From assembly GCA_023732985.1 (NCBI GenBank), contig GCA_023732985.1_3946.1: DNA of 64,000 bases; one strand, given 5' to 3'. Positions 13,271 to 23,223 of the stretch are shown here, one piece after another. The notes under the pieces are model-generated. The model saw nothing but the letters and a program-made list of their open reading frames with translations. It was not told the DNA's origin and searched no databases. Made by a program: the position numbers and the translations under genes. Numbering within the stretch: position 1 is the first letter of the stretch; each line of letters starts with the position of its first letter. This DNA comes from a phage.

Positions 13271-13372
13271 AACTACCCATACCGAACAACACCGCGCTAT
13301 ACCTTAGCCCACCTCACCGAGCCTCGCCCCACATCACTTAAAAACCCTCTTAGAAGACTCTTAAGTGATGTA

Positions 13373-13396
13373 ATCGGATTTTTATGTAGCTCCGAT
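13373..13396. other. hairpin with conserved loop TTTTTATGTAGC, stem ATCGGA/TCCGAT
   Basis: Covaries with hairpins at 13245 and 14785; all followed by TAACTACCC. Confidence 0.6.
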
Positions 13397-13496
13397 TAAC
13401 TACCCATACCAAGCCTAACCTGACCGCACCAAACCTTACAACACCACACCATACCTGACCATACCAAACCTCATTAAAAGACCCTGTTTAAAGACC

Positions 13497-13523
13497 TTTT
13501 AAAAAGGAGCCTCCGAAGAGGCT
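13497..13523 (-). terminator. intrinsic terminator candidate (minus strand)
   Basis: AGCCTC-CGAA-GAGGCT hairpin followed on minus strand by CCTTTTT, just downstream of stop of 13535..13975. Confidence 0.5.
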
Positions 13524-13534
13524 ACCTAGTCAAC

Positions 13535-13975
13535 TTAGAAAGGTTTTCTACGTTGCTTGTTAATGTTAGCTTTCATAGCAGCTAAATGGTTTTGCTGTTC
13601 AATCAGTCGTGAACGTTCTTGATGGCTAAGTGCCATAGTGTTCACATTCTCAATCGCTTGAGTGGCTTGCTTTAAAGCCCGACCAATCTTACCAGACATT
13701 TTACGTTTTGCAATAGTTGCTTGATGTTTAGGTTCAACCACACGATAACCAACACCCATTGAAGCAACCAGATAAATCTTCTCTTCTTTAAGAAGCTTTT
13801 CAATAAACTTCTCAAGTCGGTTTAGACGTGTAAGTGCATAAGCCTTCATTTCATCTTCGTACTTAACAATGTCGCCTTGATAAGTTGGCTTCACAATACC
13901 TAAGAAGGTATCCATCTCAGAATGTGATACAGTGTCACCGTAACTAAACTTTGCTGCTAATGCTTTTGTATTCAT
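13535..13975 (-). CDS. hypothetical protein
   Basis: 146 aa ORF flanked by structured noncoding regions. Confidence 0.4.
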   Translation of the reverse strand: MNTKALAAKFSYGDTVSHSEMDTFLGIVKPTYQGDIVKYEDEMKAYALTRLNRLEKFIEKLLKEEKIYLVASMGVGYRVVEPKHQATIAKRKMSGKIGRALKQATQAIENVNTMALSHQERSRLIEQQNHLAAMKANINKQRRKPF

Positions 13976-13977
13976 AA

Positions 13978-14968
<991 letters not shown>

Positions 14969-15156
14969 TCAACAACTTTCTAATAAAGTTTTATGAAGAT
15001 TTTGCTTAACAACCCGCCTCACATGCCTATGTTCTTTCTTAATAAAGAGTGACCTCTTCTTGATAGAGCGCCTATTCTTGTAAGTATTACTAGGATACTT
15101 ATCATGAACCGGACAACAACTCCCCGGATTTGTAAACTTGATAATCTCTCTTTTCA

Positions 15157-16257
15157 CTATTCATAATCCCTAATAACTAGCCCGACAGGGAACTGTAAAG
15201 AACCCTTACGAGTCATCTTCTGGAACTGTACCGTTAAAGGTTTCCCGATAAACTCTTCAGGATGCTCAGCAAGATACTGTTTCTTCTCATGAGTAGTCTT
15301 CCATGAGACATCTACAAAGACGTTAGGAAGAGTCTCTACAACGAACTTACCGTGGCCACGTTTATCAGTCTTGACACCAGTCACTTTAAACTCTTCAGTG
15401 TGCATCTTCTTGTGCTTAATCAAGAAGTATGAACGGTGACCACACTCATAGAAAGATTCTTCAGAGATTGAACGGTACATTGCACCTTCAAACTTAGCTT
15501 CAACCCACTTATCATGAGCTTCATCGAACTCTTCCCAAGAATTTACACGACGAGACTTAACAGGGACAACTTTACAGCCGTCTCTAAAGTCATTCAATGG
15601 TGAAGCCTCAATAATATCTCTACGCTCAGGCCACGTCTTAGCACTGTCACAGATATCATACCAGTAGAACTGGAGTAGATGTCGGTCTGGATTGTCAGCA
15701 TTCTTAATCATAGAGACAATATCTTCTAAGTCCCAACCATGAGCATAAATCTCACCATCAAAGTCTTCAACTTGTGGATGTAATTTAAGCAACAAAAGCA
15801 AATCTGGAATTAGTTCTGCTGGAACGTTGTAAACAGTATTCTCACGAGAATAAGCCGTGAAGTTAACTAAATCAGCATCTCTTGAAATTCTACAACGGAC
15901 ACCATCAAGTTTTGGTTGAGCATCAGCAGGGAACTTCAGATACTTTGCATGACTAACCTTTGCAGCATCATGAGCAAGCTGTACACCTACCTTTTCAGTA
16001 TTCTGTGCAGACTCTTTTGTGTAAGCATAGCCTTTGCGGTCAACCTGCTTTTTATACTTAGCAGCAACTTCAAAGAGAGCTTGCTGTTCAGCGTTACGCT
16101 CATTCTTTTTACCGATGTTTTTAGGTTCTGCTGTATACTCTTCAAACATCATCTTGCCATTTTCTTTACCGTAGGTTGTAACAACCTTGTCACCTACAGC
16201 AACGCATGACCAGACGTTGAAAGAGCCATCCTTATTTTGTTTGTATAGAATTGTCAT
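15157..16257 (-). CDS. ATP-dependent DNA ligase
   Basis: Nucleotidyltransferase motifs KLDGVRC (motif I), FDGEIY, EGAMYR, LIKHKK; start moved to Met13 (16257) which has GAGG 6 nt upstream and abuts the upstream gene. Confidence 0.8.
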   Translation of the reverse strand: MTILYKQNKDGSFNVWSCVAVGDKVVTTYGKENGKMMFEEYTAEPKNIGKKNERNAEQQALFEVAAKYKKQVDRKGYAYTKESAQNTEKVGVQLAHDAAKVSHAKYLKFPADAQPKLDGVRCRISRDADLVNFTAYSRENTVYNVPAELIPDLLLLLKLHPQVEDFDGEIYAHGWDLEDIVSMIKNADNPDRHLLQFYWYDICDSAKTWPERRDIIEASPLNDFRDGCKVVPVKSRRVNSWEEFDEAHDKWVEAKFEGAMYRSISEESFYECGHRSYFLIKHKKMHTEEFKVTGVKTDKRGHGKFVVETLPNVFVDVSWKTTHEKKQYLAEHPEEFIGKPLTVQFQKMTRKGSLQFPVGLVIRDYE

Positions 16258-16258
16258 T

Positions 16259-16450
16259 TTATTCCTCTGAGTGATACCAAGTATTGCAAGCATTACATGC
16301 GTAAAGCTCTAAGTCATTTTTATCTGGTTTATGAAAACAGTTTGCTCCGCAGTGGCAACGAAACGGCTTTCCACCAACTGTCAGGATGAAAGATTGAACC
16401 TTTCCATCAGGAGTTCGTACAGCATTTTTATGCTTATCTTCTTTGTTCAT
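16259..16450 (-). CDS. hypothetical zinc-finger protein
   Basis: CHCGANC ... CNACN cysteine pairs. Confidence 0.35.
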   Translation of the reverse strand: MNKEDKHKNAVRTPDGKVQSFILTVGGKPFRCHCGANCFHKPDKNDLELYACNACNTWYHSEE

Positions 16451-16653
16451 TTTCTCTTACCACCAATCTCTACGTCGATAACCTGAACATCACCAGCAAC
16501 ATCAAACTTATGAATGATACTTTCCACAGTGTAAGTCCAACCCTCGATTCGAACCAACTCACCTTCTCGTGGGACGATTGGGTTACGTTGAGCTACGGTT
16601 GTAGTGGAGTGAACAACATCATAACAGTAGATATAGTTTACTAGGACTTCCAT
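16447..16653 (-). CDS. hypothetical protein
   Basis: Track ORF 16447..16752 trimmed to internal Met (MEVLVNYIY) with GAGG RBS, which removes the overlap with the lipoprotein ORF. Confidence 0.3.
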   Translation of the reverse strand: MEVLVNYIYCYDVVHSTTTVAQRNPIVPREGELVRIEGWTYTVESIIHKFDVAGDVQVIDVEIGGKRK

Positions 16654-16663
16654 CTTGAAAACC

Positions 16664-16921
16664 TCACTCAATAACCGTGGTATGTGATTGACCATTTTTG
16701 CCATAGCTATAAGATGTTGTTGTTTGAGAGTTTGGACATCTGACAACAACAATATCCCTGCTTATAGCATCACCATTGAGTTTGTAGATTTTGCAGTCTT
16801 GCATCTCTGGAGGTAGGCTGTAAGAAGCATCTTTGTTTTCATAAGAAGGGTTGCAGCCAGCCAGAAAAATTACTCCAAGTGCAACCATTACTTTCACACA
16901 ACTCTTAATCTTATTGTTCAC
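16664..16921 (-). CDS. putative lipoprotein
   Basis: Signal peptide ending in lipobox-like LAGC (VIFLAGCNPS). Confidence 0.4.
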   Translation of the reverse strand: MNNKIKSCVKVMVALGVIFLAGCNPSYENKDASYSLPPEMQDCKIYKLNGDAISRDIVVVRCPNSQTTTSYSYGKNGQSHTTVIE

Positions 16922-17053
16922 GATAGTCTACCTCTCTGTATGTTTTTAAATAGTGGGTGATGAGTTCTGGTAATTCACTACGTTTAACGTTTGAACGAAG
17001 AAGTGTCCAGTCAAAACCTTTACCAACCCTTCCCCAGAGACTGTACAGTTTCT

Positions 17054-17287
17054 TCATATCAACTCCAGAATATTAATACGTTCACCCTTAAGAACTCCAG
17101 TACGGTCTCTTGCAATCTTGCCGTCAACAATAAGGATATGTGCAGCCCTTAAAGAGTCACCATTAAAACCTTTTACGAACTTGCTAGGCATCACTACAAT
17201 GGACATCTCCTGAATCAACTCTGGAGTATAGCAATTGTCGTGAAGTTGCTGAATAACGTCTGCAAGTGTCATTTTTGATGTCTCCAA
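17054..17287 (-). CDS. hypothetical protein
   Basis: 77 aa ORF. Confidence 0.3.
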   Translation of the reverse strand: METSKMTLADVIQQLHDNCYTPELIQEMSIVVMPSKFVKGFNGDSLRAAHILIVDGKIARDRTGVLKGERINILELI

Positions 17288-17478
17288 TACTCAATATCAA
17301 TAAGTTCTTGTGCAATGCTTTTCAGATTACCTTTCAAGAAAACCTTCTCAGAACCTGAAAGAGATGAATTGTCAATCAACCTGTTCATTCTCTCAAACAA
17401 CTTCTGCTTACGATTATTGATGGTTTCCTTTGAAGCACCTTTCATCATTGCTGCATGGGTTCTTCCGCGGTGGCTCAT
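17269..17478 (-). CDS. hypothetical protein
   Basis: 69 aa ORF. Confidence 0.3.
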   Translation of the reverse strand: MSHRGRTHAAMMKGASKETINNRKQKLFERMNRLIDNSSLSGSEKVFLKGNLKSIAQELIDIEYWRHQK

Positions 17479-17529
17479 AAGTCCTCCTATACAAGATATA
17501 GTATAAGGTACTCTTCCCTGAGCACCTTG

Positions 17530-18033
17530 TCAACTTAGTTTTGCAAACTCTCCGTGGAGTTTAATAGCAGCTTCACAGTAAGCTTTATGGGCTTCTTCAG
17601 GGGTGTCAAATAAACCAAGTGATGTCCTTTTACCTCTGCATGTTATAGTCGCCCTCCACTTATTGCAGTCTTTAAAGTAATGAACACCCTTGTAACCTGA
17701 TTTGTTAGTTGTCTGCTTTACTCTGTTTTGAGCATTTCCGTATTTATCAGTCTCCCTAAGATTAGAGATGTGATTATTACTTCTGTTACCGTCAACGTGG
17801 TCTATCATCTTAGTGGGTTTGTAACCATGCTCAAACCACCAAACAAGGTGATGCACTTTTATTACAACACCTTTGAATTTGAGTACCCTGTAACCATAAG
17901 CATCACTTCCTCCGGCAACCTGACCAGCTTTAGCTTGCCTATTCCTATCATACTTGTTGTAGAAGACCCCTTTATCGGGGTCGTAAATAAAATTATCCTT
18001 GTAGTCTTGAAGTGTTAGTGTACGGCGTACCAT
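17530..18033 (-). CDS. HNH homing endonuclease with AP2-like DNA-binding domain
   Basis: HNH motif KMIDHVDGNRSNNHISNLR; AP2-like YKGVHYF...WRATI...LGLFDTPEEAHKAY; sits immediately downstream of the DNA polymerase gene. Confidence 0.75.
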   Translation of the reverse strand: MVRRTLTLQDYKDNFIYDPDKGVFYNKYDRNRQAKAGQVAGGSDAYGYRVLKFKGVVIKVHHLVWWFEHGYKPTKMIDHVDGNRSNNHISNLRETDKYGNAQNRVKQTTNKSGYKGVHYFKDCNKWRATITCRGKRTSLGLFDTPEEAHKAYCEAAIKLHGEFAKLS

Positions 18034-20714
18034 GTCTTACCTACCTTACCAGTGCCTGTAACAAGCGTCTTACTCTTTAATCCAAGATTTTTTGATGCTT
18101 GACCATACATTCTATCAATAATCTCCTTAACATCAGGTACATCTTTTGTTGGAACCTCTAAAGAGACCTCATCGTGGTAACTACAGACCCACCTAGCACC
18201 AATAGCGGGCTTCCTACCATTTAGAACTGTAAGCTTGCGCTCTGTTAACTCTCTGTTAGCCAAGTTAATACCCTCATTCTGCACCTGCGCCTCACTGCCC
18301 ATAAGTGTGTAATTCAATAACTTATGTGGAGATTTACACCATAACCACGCTCCAGCAACTTTGATATAACCACCTTTGGCAATTGCAGAAGTTTTTCCGA
18401 AAACCTCTTCAAGTGCTTTCTTAGTTGCTTTGAAGTCTTCTTCTAACCTGTCCAGCAGCTTTTTAATCTTAGGTAGACGCACAAAGTAAGTTTGTTTAGT
18501 CAATGCACCTTCTTCCGTAGATGATGCCTTGATAGTTTTTGCAAACTTCTCGTCTCCGGCTCCAAATAACAGGGCGTAGATGCCATTCTTAGCCTTCTTA
18601 CGACCTTTTGTAATCTCGTGAAGAAGTTCCTCATCCTGTGTCTCCCTACAAAGAATAATATCCTCTTCTTTGTTAAGACCAAAGTAAATACTATTCAGTG
18701 TATGTGCATCAGTCCCTGTATAGACTTCATAGAGGTCATTCTCAGCATCATAACGAAGATACTTGTCAGTTTCTGGGTTAAGATACTTATCAAGATGCTT
18801 ACAATAGTATTGACCATCCTCTTGCTTAGTGAACTCTACTGACTCTTTACCCTCAGTTACCGCTTTAGTGAAGTCTTCATCACCCATAAAGTTACAAAGA
18901 AGAACTAGCTGGGCTGAGTTTTGGTCTACGGAGATGATATCTGTACCATCTTCACAAGTCCAAACCTCCCTCATAGGTGCTCCATAGACAGCAGCACCAG
19001 ACGGTACGTTTACAATACCATACTGAGTCATACGTCCAGTTGAAGTACCAAATACCATTGCACCAGCACTAAGGCGACCATCAGGACGAATCTGGTTCAA
19101 CCAACCTTTTTCATCATCCTTTGAGTTCTCAATAGTTCTGCGTCTGTGCATCAAAGTGTAGTATTTAGCAATCTTCTGTCCAAGCTCACCTTCAATCGTA
19201 TCATAAGATGATTCAGTAAGTTTTGGTGAAGTACGGATTAAGCAAGGCTCAAGCAAATCTGTGTATTTCTTCACAGACCAGTTATGCTCGATGTACTGTA
19301 CACCTTCATGTTCAACATAACTCAAGCCACACCGCTCAACCATTTCCTGCCACTTAGGATGCTTTGTAATCATCTTTTTATTGTCTTTGAAACGACAAAC
19401 TTTGACAGGGCGACCATCTGAGTCTTTCTTGTAATTCCAGTCATCTGGAATCCAACCAACTGATTTCAAGTAGTCTTTAACAACTGCTACCTGAGTCATA
19501 CGAGAAACTTCAAACTCAATTGGTGTATATGGTGCATCAATCAAACCTGTGTAGCGACTTGACTCAAGTTCAAAGTGGTTAACAACGTGGCTGTTATAGT
19601 ACTTCACAGTTTTGACTGTTTTTACTGGCTTCCAGTCTTTGCACTTCTTACCAATCTTTGCATTCAACTCATTGCAAATTGCACGAGCATCCTTCATTGC
19701 TACAAAACCTTCCTTGTACTCTTCACCAGTTACAGAGTTGGTTGGTGTATAGCAATTTCTCTTTTCAATGTTAAAAATCTTTGTAGTTGGCTTACCAAAT
19801 GGCTTGATTTCATATGTCTGCATCTCACCGTTACGTACCTGCTGACGATACTTTGTTTTAGGGTACTTGGTAATTCTCTTCAGTCCATCTGCACGACCAA
19901 ATGTTTCAACATACTCATTCCAAGCTTTTGCAAACTCTTCTCCAGTCACTTTACCTTTGGTCTTAATAGTTGGAGGTAGATGTGGTTCAACCTCTGAAGC
20001 AAGCTCATTAGTCAACTTGTCAAGTTCCTTTACATGGAACTCCATAAGCTCTTTATCAGCTTTCCAGCCATTGATAGCTTGTTGACTCATCCAGAAAGAC
20101 GTCTCTTTAGCTCGCATGTAGGTTTCATAAGTGTCTATGCCACACTTCTTAAGCTTGAGATACTCATTATCAAGTGCCCGTTTAGTTTTGGCGTTAATAC
20201 GGATATCTTCTACAACACGAGTGAAGATTTCTGCATTCCACACACCCCAATGTTCAATCTCTGGTTTACGAACACCAACACGAGCACCCCATGCAGCCAA
20301 ACCATGAGCACCTTTATAACCCTTTGGAGTTGGTCTATCCATCCACTGAACACGAGACTGGATAAGAGAATCCTGAAAGAAATTACTCCACGGTTTACAC
20401 TTTGGATTATCAAAGTTCCATAAATCAGGTGCAATGTGATTGAAAACCCACCAGTCATAGCCGAGACCATTATGGATGCAAAGACGTTTTGCCTTTAACG
20501 CAAATTCAACGCCTTCACGTAAGCCGCCCTTGATGTACTTGGTATACTTGTGACCGAGGATAGGCTCATCTGTAAAGACCCATACAGGTGGCTCTTCATC
20601 GTCAGATTTATAGTCTGCGAAAGCCATTACGTGCACTTTAGTGAACTCAAGGAGTAAACCATCAGTTTCTGTATCACCAACTAAATGTAAGTTTTTAAAA
20701 TCTACGTTTTCCAT
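18015..20714 (-). CDS. DNA polymerase, family A, with 3'-5' exonuclease domain
   Basis: Exo I motif GDTETDGL near N-terminus, polymerase motif C-like YHDEV; start placed at Met11 (20714) which has GAGGGAG RBS. Confidence 0.85.
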   Translation of the reverse strand: MENVDFKNLHLVGDTETDGLLLEFTKVHVMAFADYKSDDEEPPVWVFTDEPILGHKYTKYIKGGLREGVEFALKAKRLCIHNGLGYDWWVFNHIAPDLWNFDNPKCKPWSNFFQDSLIQSRVQWMDRPTPKGYKGAHGLAAWGARVGVRKPEIEHWGVWNAEIFTRVVEDIRINAKTKRALDNEYLKLKKCGIDTYETYMRAKETSFWMSQQAINGWKADKELMEFHVKELDKLTNELASEVEPHLPPTIKTKGKVTGEEFAKAWNEYVETFGRADGLKRITKYPKTKYRQQVRNGEMQTYEIKPFGKPTTKIFNIEKRNCYTPTNSVTGEEYKEGFVAMKDARAICNELNAKIGKKCKDWKPVKTVKTVKYYNSHVVNHFELESSRYTGLIDAPYTPIEFEVSRMTQVAVVKDYLKSVGWIPDDWNYKKDSDGRPVKVCRFKDNKKMITKHPKWQEMVERCGLSYVEHEGVQYIEHNWSVKKYTDLLEPCLIRTSPKLTESSYDTIEGELGQKIAKYYTLMHRRRTIENSKDDEKGWLNQIRPDGRLSAGAMVFGTSTGRMTQYGIVNVPSGAAVYGAPMREVWTCEDGTDIISVDQNSAQLVLLCNFMGDEDFTKAVTEGKESVEFTKQEDGQYYCKHLDKYLNPETDKYLRYDAENDLYEVYTGTDAHTLNSIYFGLNKEEDIILCRETQDEELLHEITKGRKKAKNGIYALLFGAGDEKFAKTIKASSTEEGALTKQTYFVRLPKIKKLLDRLEEDFKATKKALEEVFGKTSAIAKGGYIKVAGAWLWCKSPHKLLNYTLMGSEAQVQNEGINLANRELTERKLTVLNGRKPAIGARWVCSYHDEVSLEVPTKDVPDVKEIIDRMYGQASKNLGLKSKTLVTGTGKVGKTWYAVH

Positions 20715-20744
20715 TTTTACTCCCTCTAAAATCATTAACCTCAT

Positions 20745-20971
20745 ACATTACTGCAAAAAATTATAAAAAGCAAGTTGACAATGCACTTGACAAGGTGTTA
20801 ATCTTTGCGAAGTGGGTTTTTACTTAAAAGGTTACTTAACAGTTTAACTATACAGATACTTTAAAACTCTTAAAAGATTATTTAATAGCTTTTAAAAAGC
20901 TTTAAAGTATAACGTATAGAATACGTTAAGATAAAAGATTAAAACTTAATAGTTACTTAAAAGAGGCTTAC
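20745..20971. promoter_or_regulatory. divergent control region between DNA polymerase and plus-strand operon
   Basis: AT-rich; two TTGACA hexamers (20774-20779, 20787-20792), palindromes AGCTTTTAAAAAGCT and AACGTATAGAATACGTT, TTACTTAA repeats. Confidence 0.45.
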
Positions 20972-21394
20972 ATGCAGAAAATGTTTGTTCACCCAGACAT
21001 AGCTGACTTTGTTAGAGCTTTGCAGAAGTTGGAAGAACTTGACATTGCTGCTCAACGGGAATATGCTCACCATCACAGGAGAATGGTTGATATACAACAT
21101 GAAATAGAGTTGTCTGAAGACTATGAAGATGACTTAAAATGCTCTGTATTTGAGCATATGAAAGATGTTGCTACAGCGAGACGTAAAGCTAAAGACACAG
21201 TTGCTTTACTAGATTCTCTTAAAAAGAGGTTGCAAAGTGGTACAGACCTGTGTAATCTAGCGTCACTGATTAACGATGTTGAAACTTCTTGGGATAGGCA
21301 CTATTATCCACGTTCTGAAAAGACACTTGACTTTTCTTCATCCGAAAACTTAAAATGTTCTAGAAAGAAACTTAACCAACTGAGAGAGAAATAA
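20972..21394 (+). CDS. hypothetical protein
   Basis: 140 aa ORF. Confidence 0.4.
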   Translation: MQKMFVHPDIADFVRALQKLEELDIAAQREYAHHHRRMVDIQHEIELSEDYEDDLKCSVFEHMKDVATARRKAKDTVALLDSLKKRLQSGTDLCNLASLINDVETSWDRHYYPRSEKTLDFSSSENLKCSRKKLNQLREK

Positions 21395-21395
21395 T

Positions 21396-22208
21396 ATGAA
21401 TACTACTGTAGACCAGATGCTTGAAGAAAAAGGTATTGACGAAGCTTTCTTAATCAATGCCGTAGAAAGCATGGCTATGATTCTTCGTGGAAACAACTAC
21501 ACAGAACAGTTTATGCCTGCAAGCTATAACCTGCCTAAAGACAAGTCTGATAACGGTGCTTTTGCAGAACAGGTTAATATGATGCTGTGTGACAAAACAC
21601 TTGCTTTAGCATCTATTGTTGTAGGTGTTGATGCTCTTGCAGAGTTCATTTTTTATGAGATGCAGAAAAATGACTATATTGCCATGACCTCTGAAGAAAA
21701 AGACTCGCTACTGCTCTTAGATAATAATGAGCTAGTTGACCTGTTAATTTCGTCAACGAGTGCTGTTATGGCTGCTCTTGAGAAGCGCATGGAAGAGAAG
21801 CTATCACGATATGAAAAACTTGATTGGGGTGTAGAAGAGTTAAACCCACGAATCAAAGAGATTATCCAGCAAACTAAAGATTCTTTAGAAGAAGCTGTGA
21901 AAGATGATTCTGTAGCTGATGTAGAACCACTACAGGTGAAGGTTGCTCTGATGATTCCAGCTATTTCTACAATGATGAATATCGTTGCACTAATCCAACT
22001 TTCTCAGATGTTGGGAGTAACCATTGAGTTCGTTGAGGAAATGACTGGTGGTGTGAGTATGCAAGCAATCAATGATGTTTTGGTGAACATTGGTGCTTCA
22101 ATCATTGAAGAGAAGATTCGCATTAACTTTGGTGATGATTTTGTGAAGCAAATCTCAGATATGGCTGAAAAAGAACACTCACAGATTAATACTGAGCAAC
22201 TACACTAA
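21396..22208 (+). CDS. hypothetical protein
   Basis: 270 aa ORF. Confidence 0.4.
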   Translation: MNTTVDQMLEEKGIDEAFLINAVESMAMILRGNNYTEQFMPASYNLPKDKSDNGAFAEQVNMMLCDKTLALASIVVGVDALAEFIFYEMQKNDYIAMTSEEKDSLLLLDNNELVDLLISSTSAVMAALEKRMEEKLSRYEKLDWGVEELNPRIKEIIQQTKDSLEEAVKDDSVADVEPLQVKVALMIPAISTMMNIVALIQLSQMLGVTIEFVEEMTGGVSMQAINDVLVNIGASIIEEKIRINFGDDFVKQISDMAEKEHSQINTEQLH

Positions 22209-22226
22209 GTCTTTATAAAACTTACA

Positions 22227-22251
22227 AGCCTCCTTAGCTGGGGGCTTTTTT
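22227..22251 (+). terminator. intrinsic terminator candidate
   Basis: AGCCTCC-TTAGCT-GGGGGCT hairpin followed by TTTTT. Confidence 0.5.
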
Positions 22252-22270
22252 AGTAATTAAGGGAGATAGA

Positions 22271-23014
22271 ATGAGTAATATTATCGCATTTACTGGAAAG
22301 GCACGTTCTGGAAAAGATACCTCATGTTCTATTGTGAAGAACATCTTAGAGGATGAGTACGGATACAATGTTGCAGTAATGGCCTATGCAGACAACCTTA
22401 AACTCTCTGCTTCAAAGATATTTGACCTGACTTGGAATGACCTGTACGGTGAAACTAAAGAAACTCCACAGGTTTTTGATTTATCATACCATGAACTGAT
22501 GTTCAAAGTCACAGAAGCTATGGAGTTTACCTTCAGAGGTGAACGTTACCATGATGACTTCAAACTCATGTCAGAGTTGACCGGACGATTAATCATGGAG
22601 CTTAAGAAGGTTGCTAAACCTACCCTATTAACACGTCTGGGATTTAGTAAAAAGTATAAATTCTCATCAAGACAAATTCAACAGATTTGGGGTACTGAAG
22701 TTGTCCGTAAAGTAATGGGCGACAAGTTCTGGTCTAAAGACCTTGAAAAAAGAATGGTTAGATTCCATGAAATGTGCTCACTTAGAAACCAATATGGTTT
22801 TGTCTTAATCAGTGATTTAAGATTTGACTCTGAAGCTGAATGGCTGAGTAGATTTGCACACCAAACTATTGAAGTAAAAAGAGACAATGTGGACAAAGTT
22901 TCATCACATGTTTCAGAAAATGGGATTTCTACAAAATATGAGCGTGACATTATTCATAATAATGGTACTCTTGCAGACCTTGAGAACAAGCTAAGAGCCA
23001 TCATTAAAGTTTAA
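22271..23014 (+). CDS. putative deoxynucleoside monophosphate kinase
   Basis: N-terminal IIAFTGKARSGKDT P-loop closely resembles T4 gp1 dNMP kinase N-terminus. Confidence 0.55.
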   Translation: MSNIIAFTGKARSGKDTSCSIVKNILEDEYGYNVAVMAYADNLKLSASKIFDLTWNDLYGETKETPQVFDLSYHELMFKVTEAMEFTFRGERYHDDFKLMSELTGRLIMELKKVAKPTLLTRLGFSKKYKFSSRQIQQIWGTEVVRKVMGDKFWSKDLEKRMVRFHEMCSLRNQYGFVLISDLRFDSEAEWLSRFAHQTIEVKRDNVDKVSSHVSENGISTKYERDIIHNNGTLADLENKLRAIIKV

Positions 23015-23022
23015 AAGAGAGA

Positions 23023-23223
23023 ATGAAGATGAGAGTAAAAGACAATTTTAAAGTTATTGACCACCGTTTAGTGGAACTCTCATCTCTTTCCAATGAGGTA
23101 ATGATTGAACGTCTTAAGAGAGTTGAATCACGAAGGAAAGAGATTGCAGATGAAATTCATGAACTGGACAAGATTGAAAATGGATTGAAGGAAGAACTAC
23201 AACGAAGAGGTGCTAATGTCTAA
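23023..23223 (+). CDS. hypothetical protein
   Basis: 66 aa coiled-coil-like ORF. Confidence 0.3.
   Translation: MKMRVKDNFKVIDHRLVELSSLSNEVMIERLKRVESRRKEIADEIHELDKIENGLKEELQRRGANV

Larger units (their letters stand above)
13025..13534. repeat. 510 bp ORF-free structured region (CA/GGT-periodic tracts, palindromes, covarying hairpins)
   Basis: Contains two copies of AAAGACCCTNTTTAAAGACCTTTTAAAAAGG, 10 bp inverted repeat CATCACTTAA..TTAAGTGATG, hairpins with conserved loop, and ACC/CCA-rich tracts. Confidence 0.7.

Noticed and set aside
14969-15157. ORF 14969-15157 (62 aa, very basic)
   Set aside because: Low-complexity basic sequence with no clear RBS seen; left unannotated as probably non-coding or too uncertain.
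18500-20470. Multiple ORFs on the plus strand opposite the DNA polymerase gene
   Set aside because: Embedded antisense to a confidently identified 899 aa polymerase; hydrophobic low-complexity translations.
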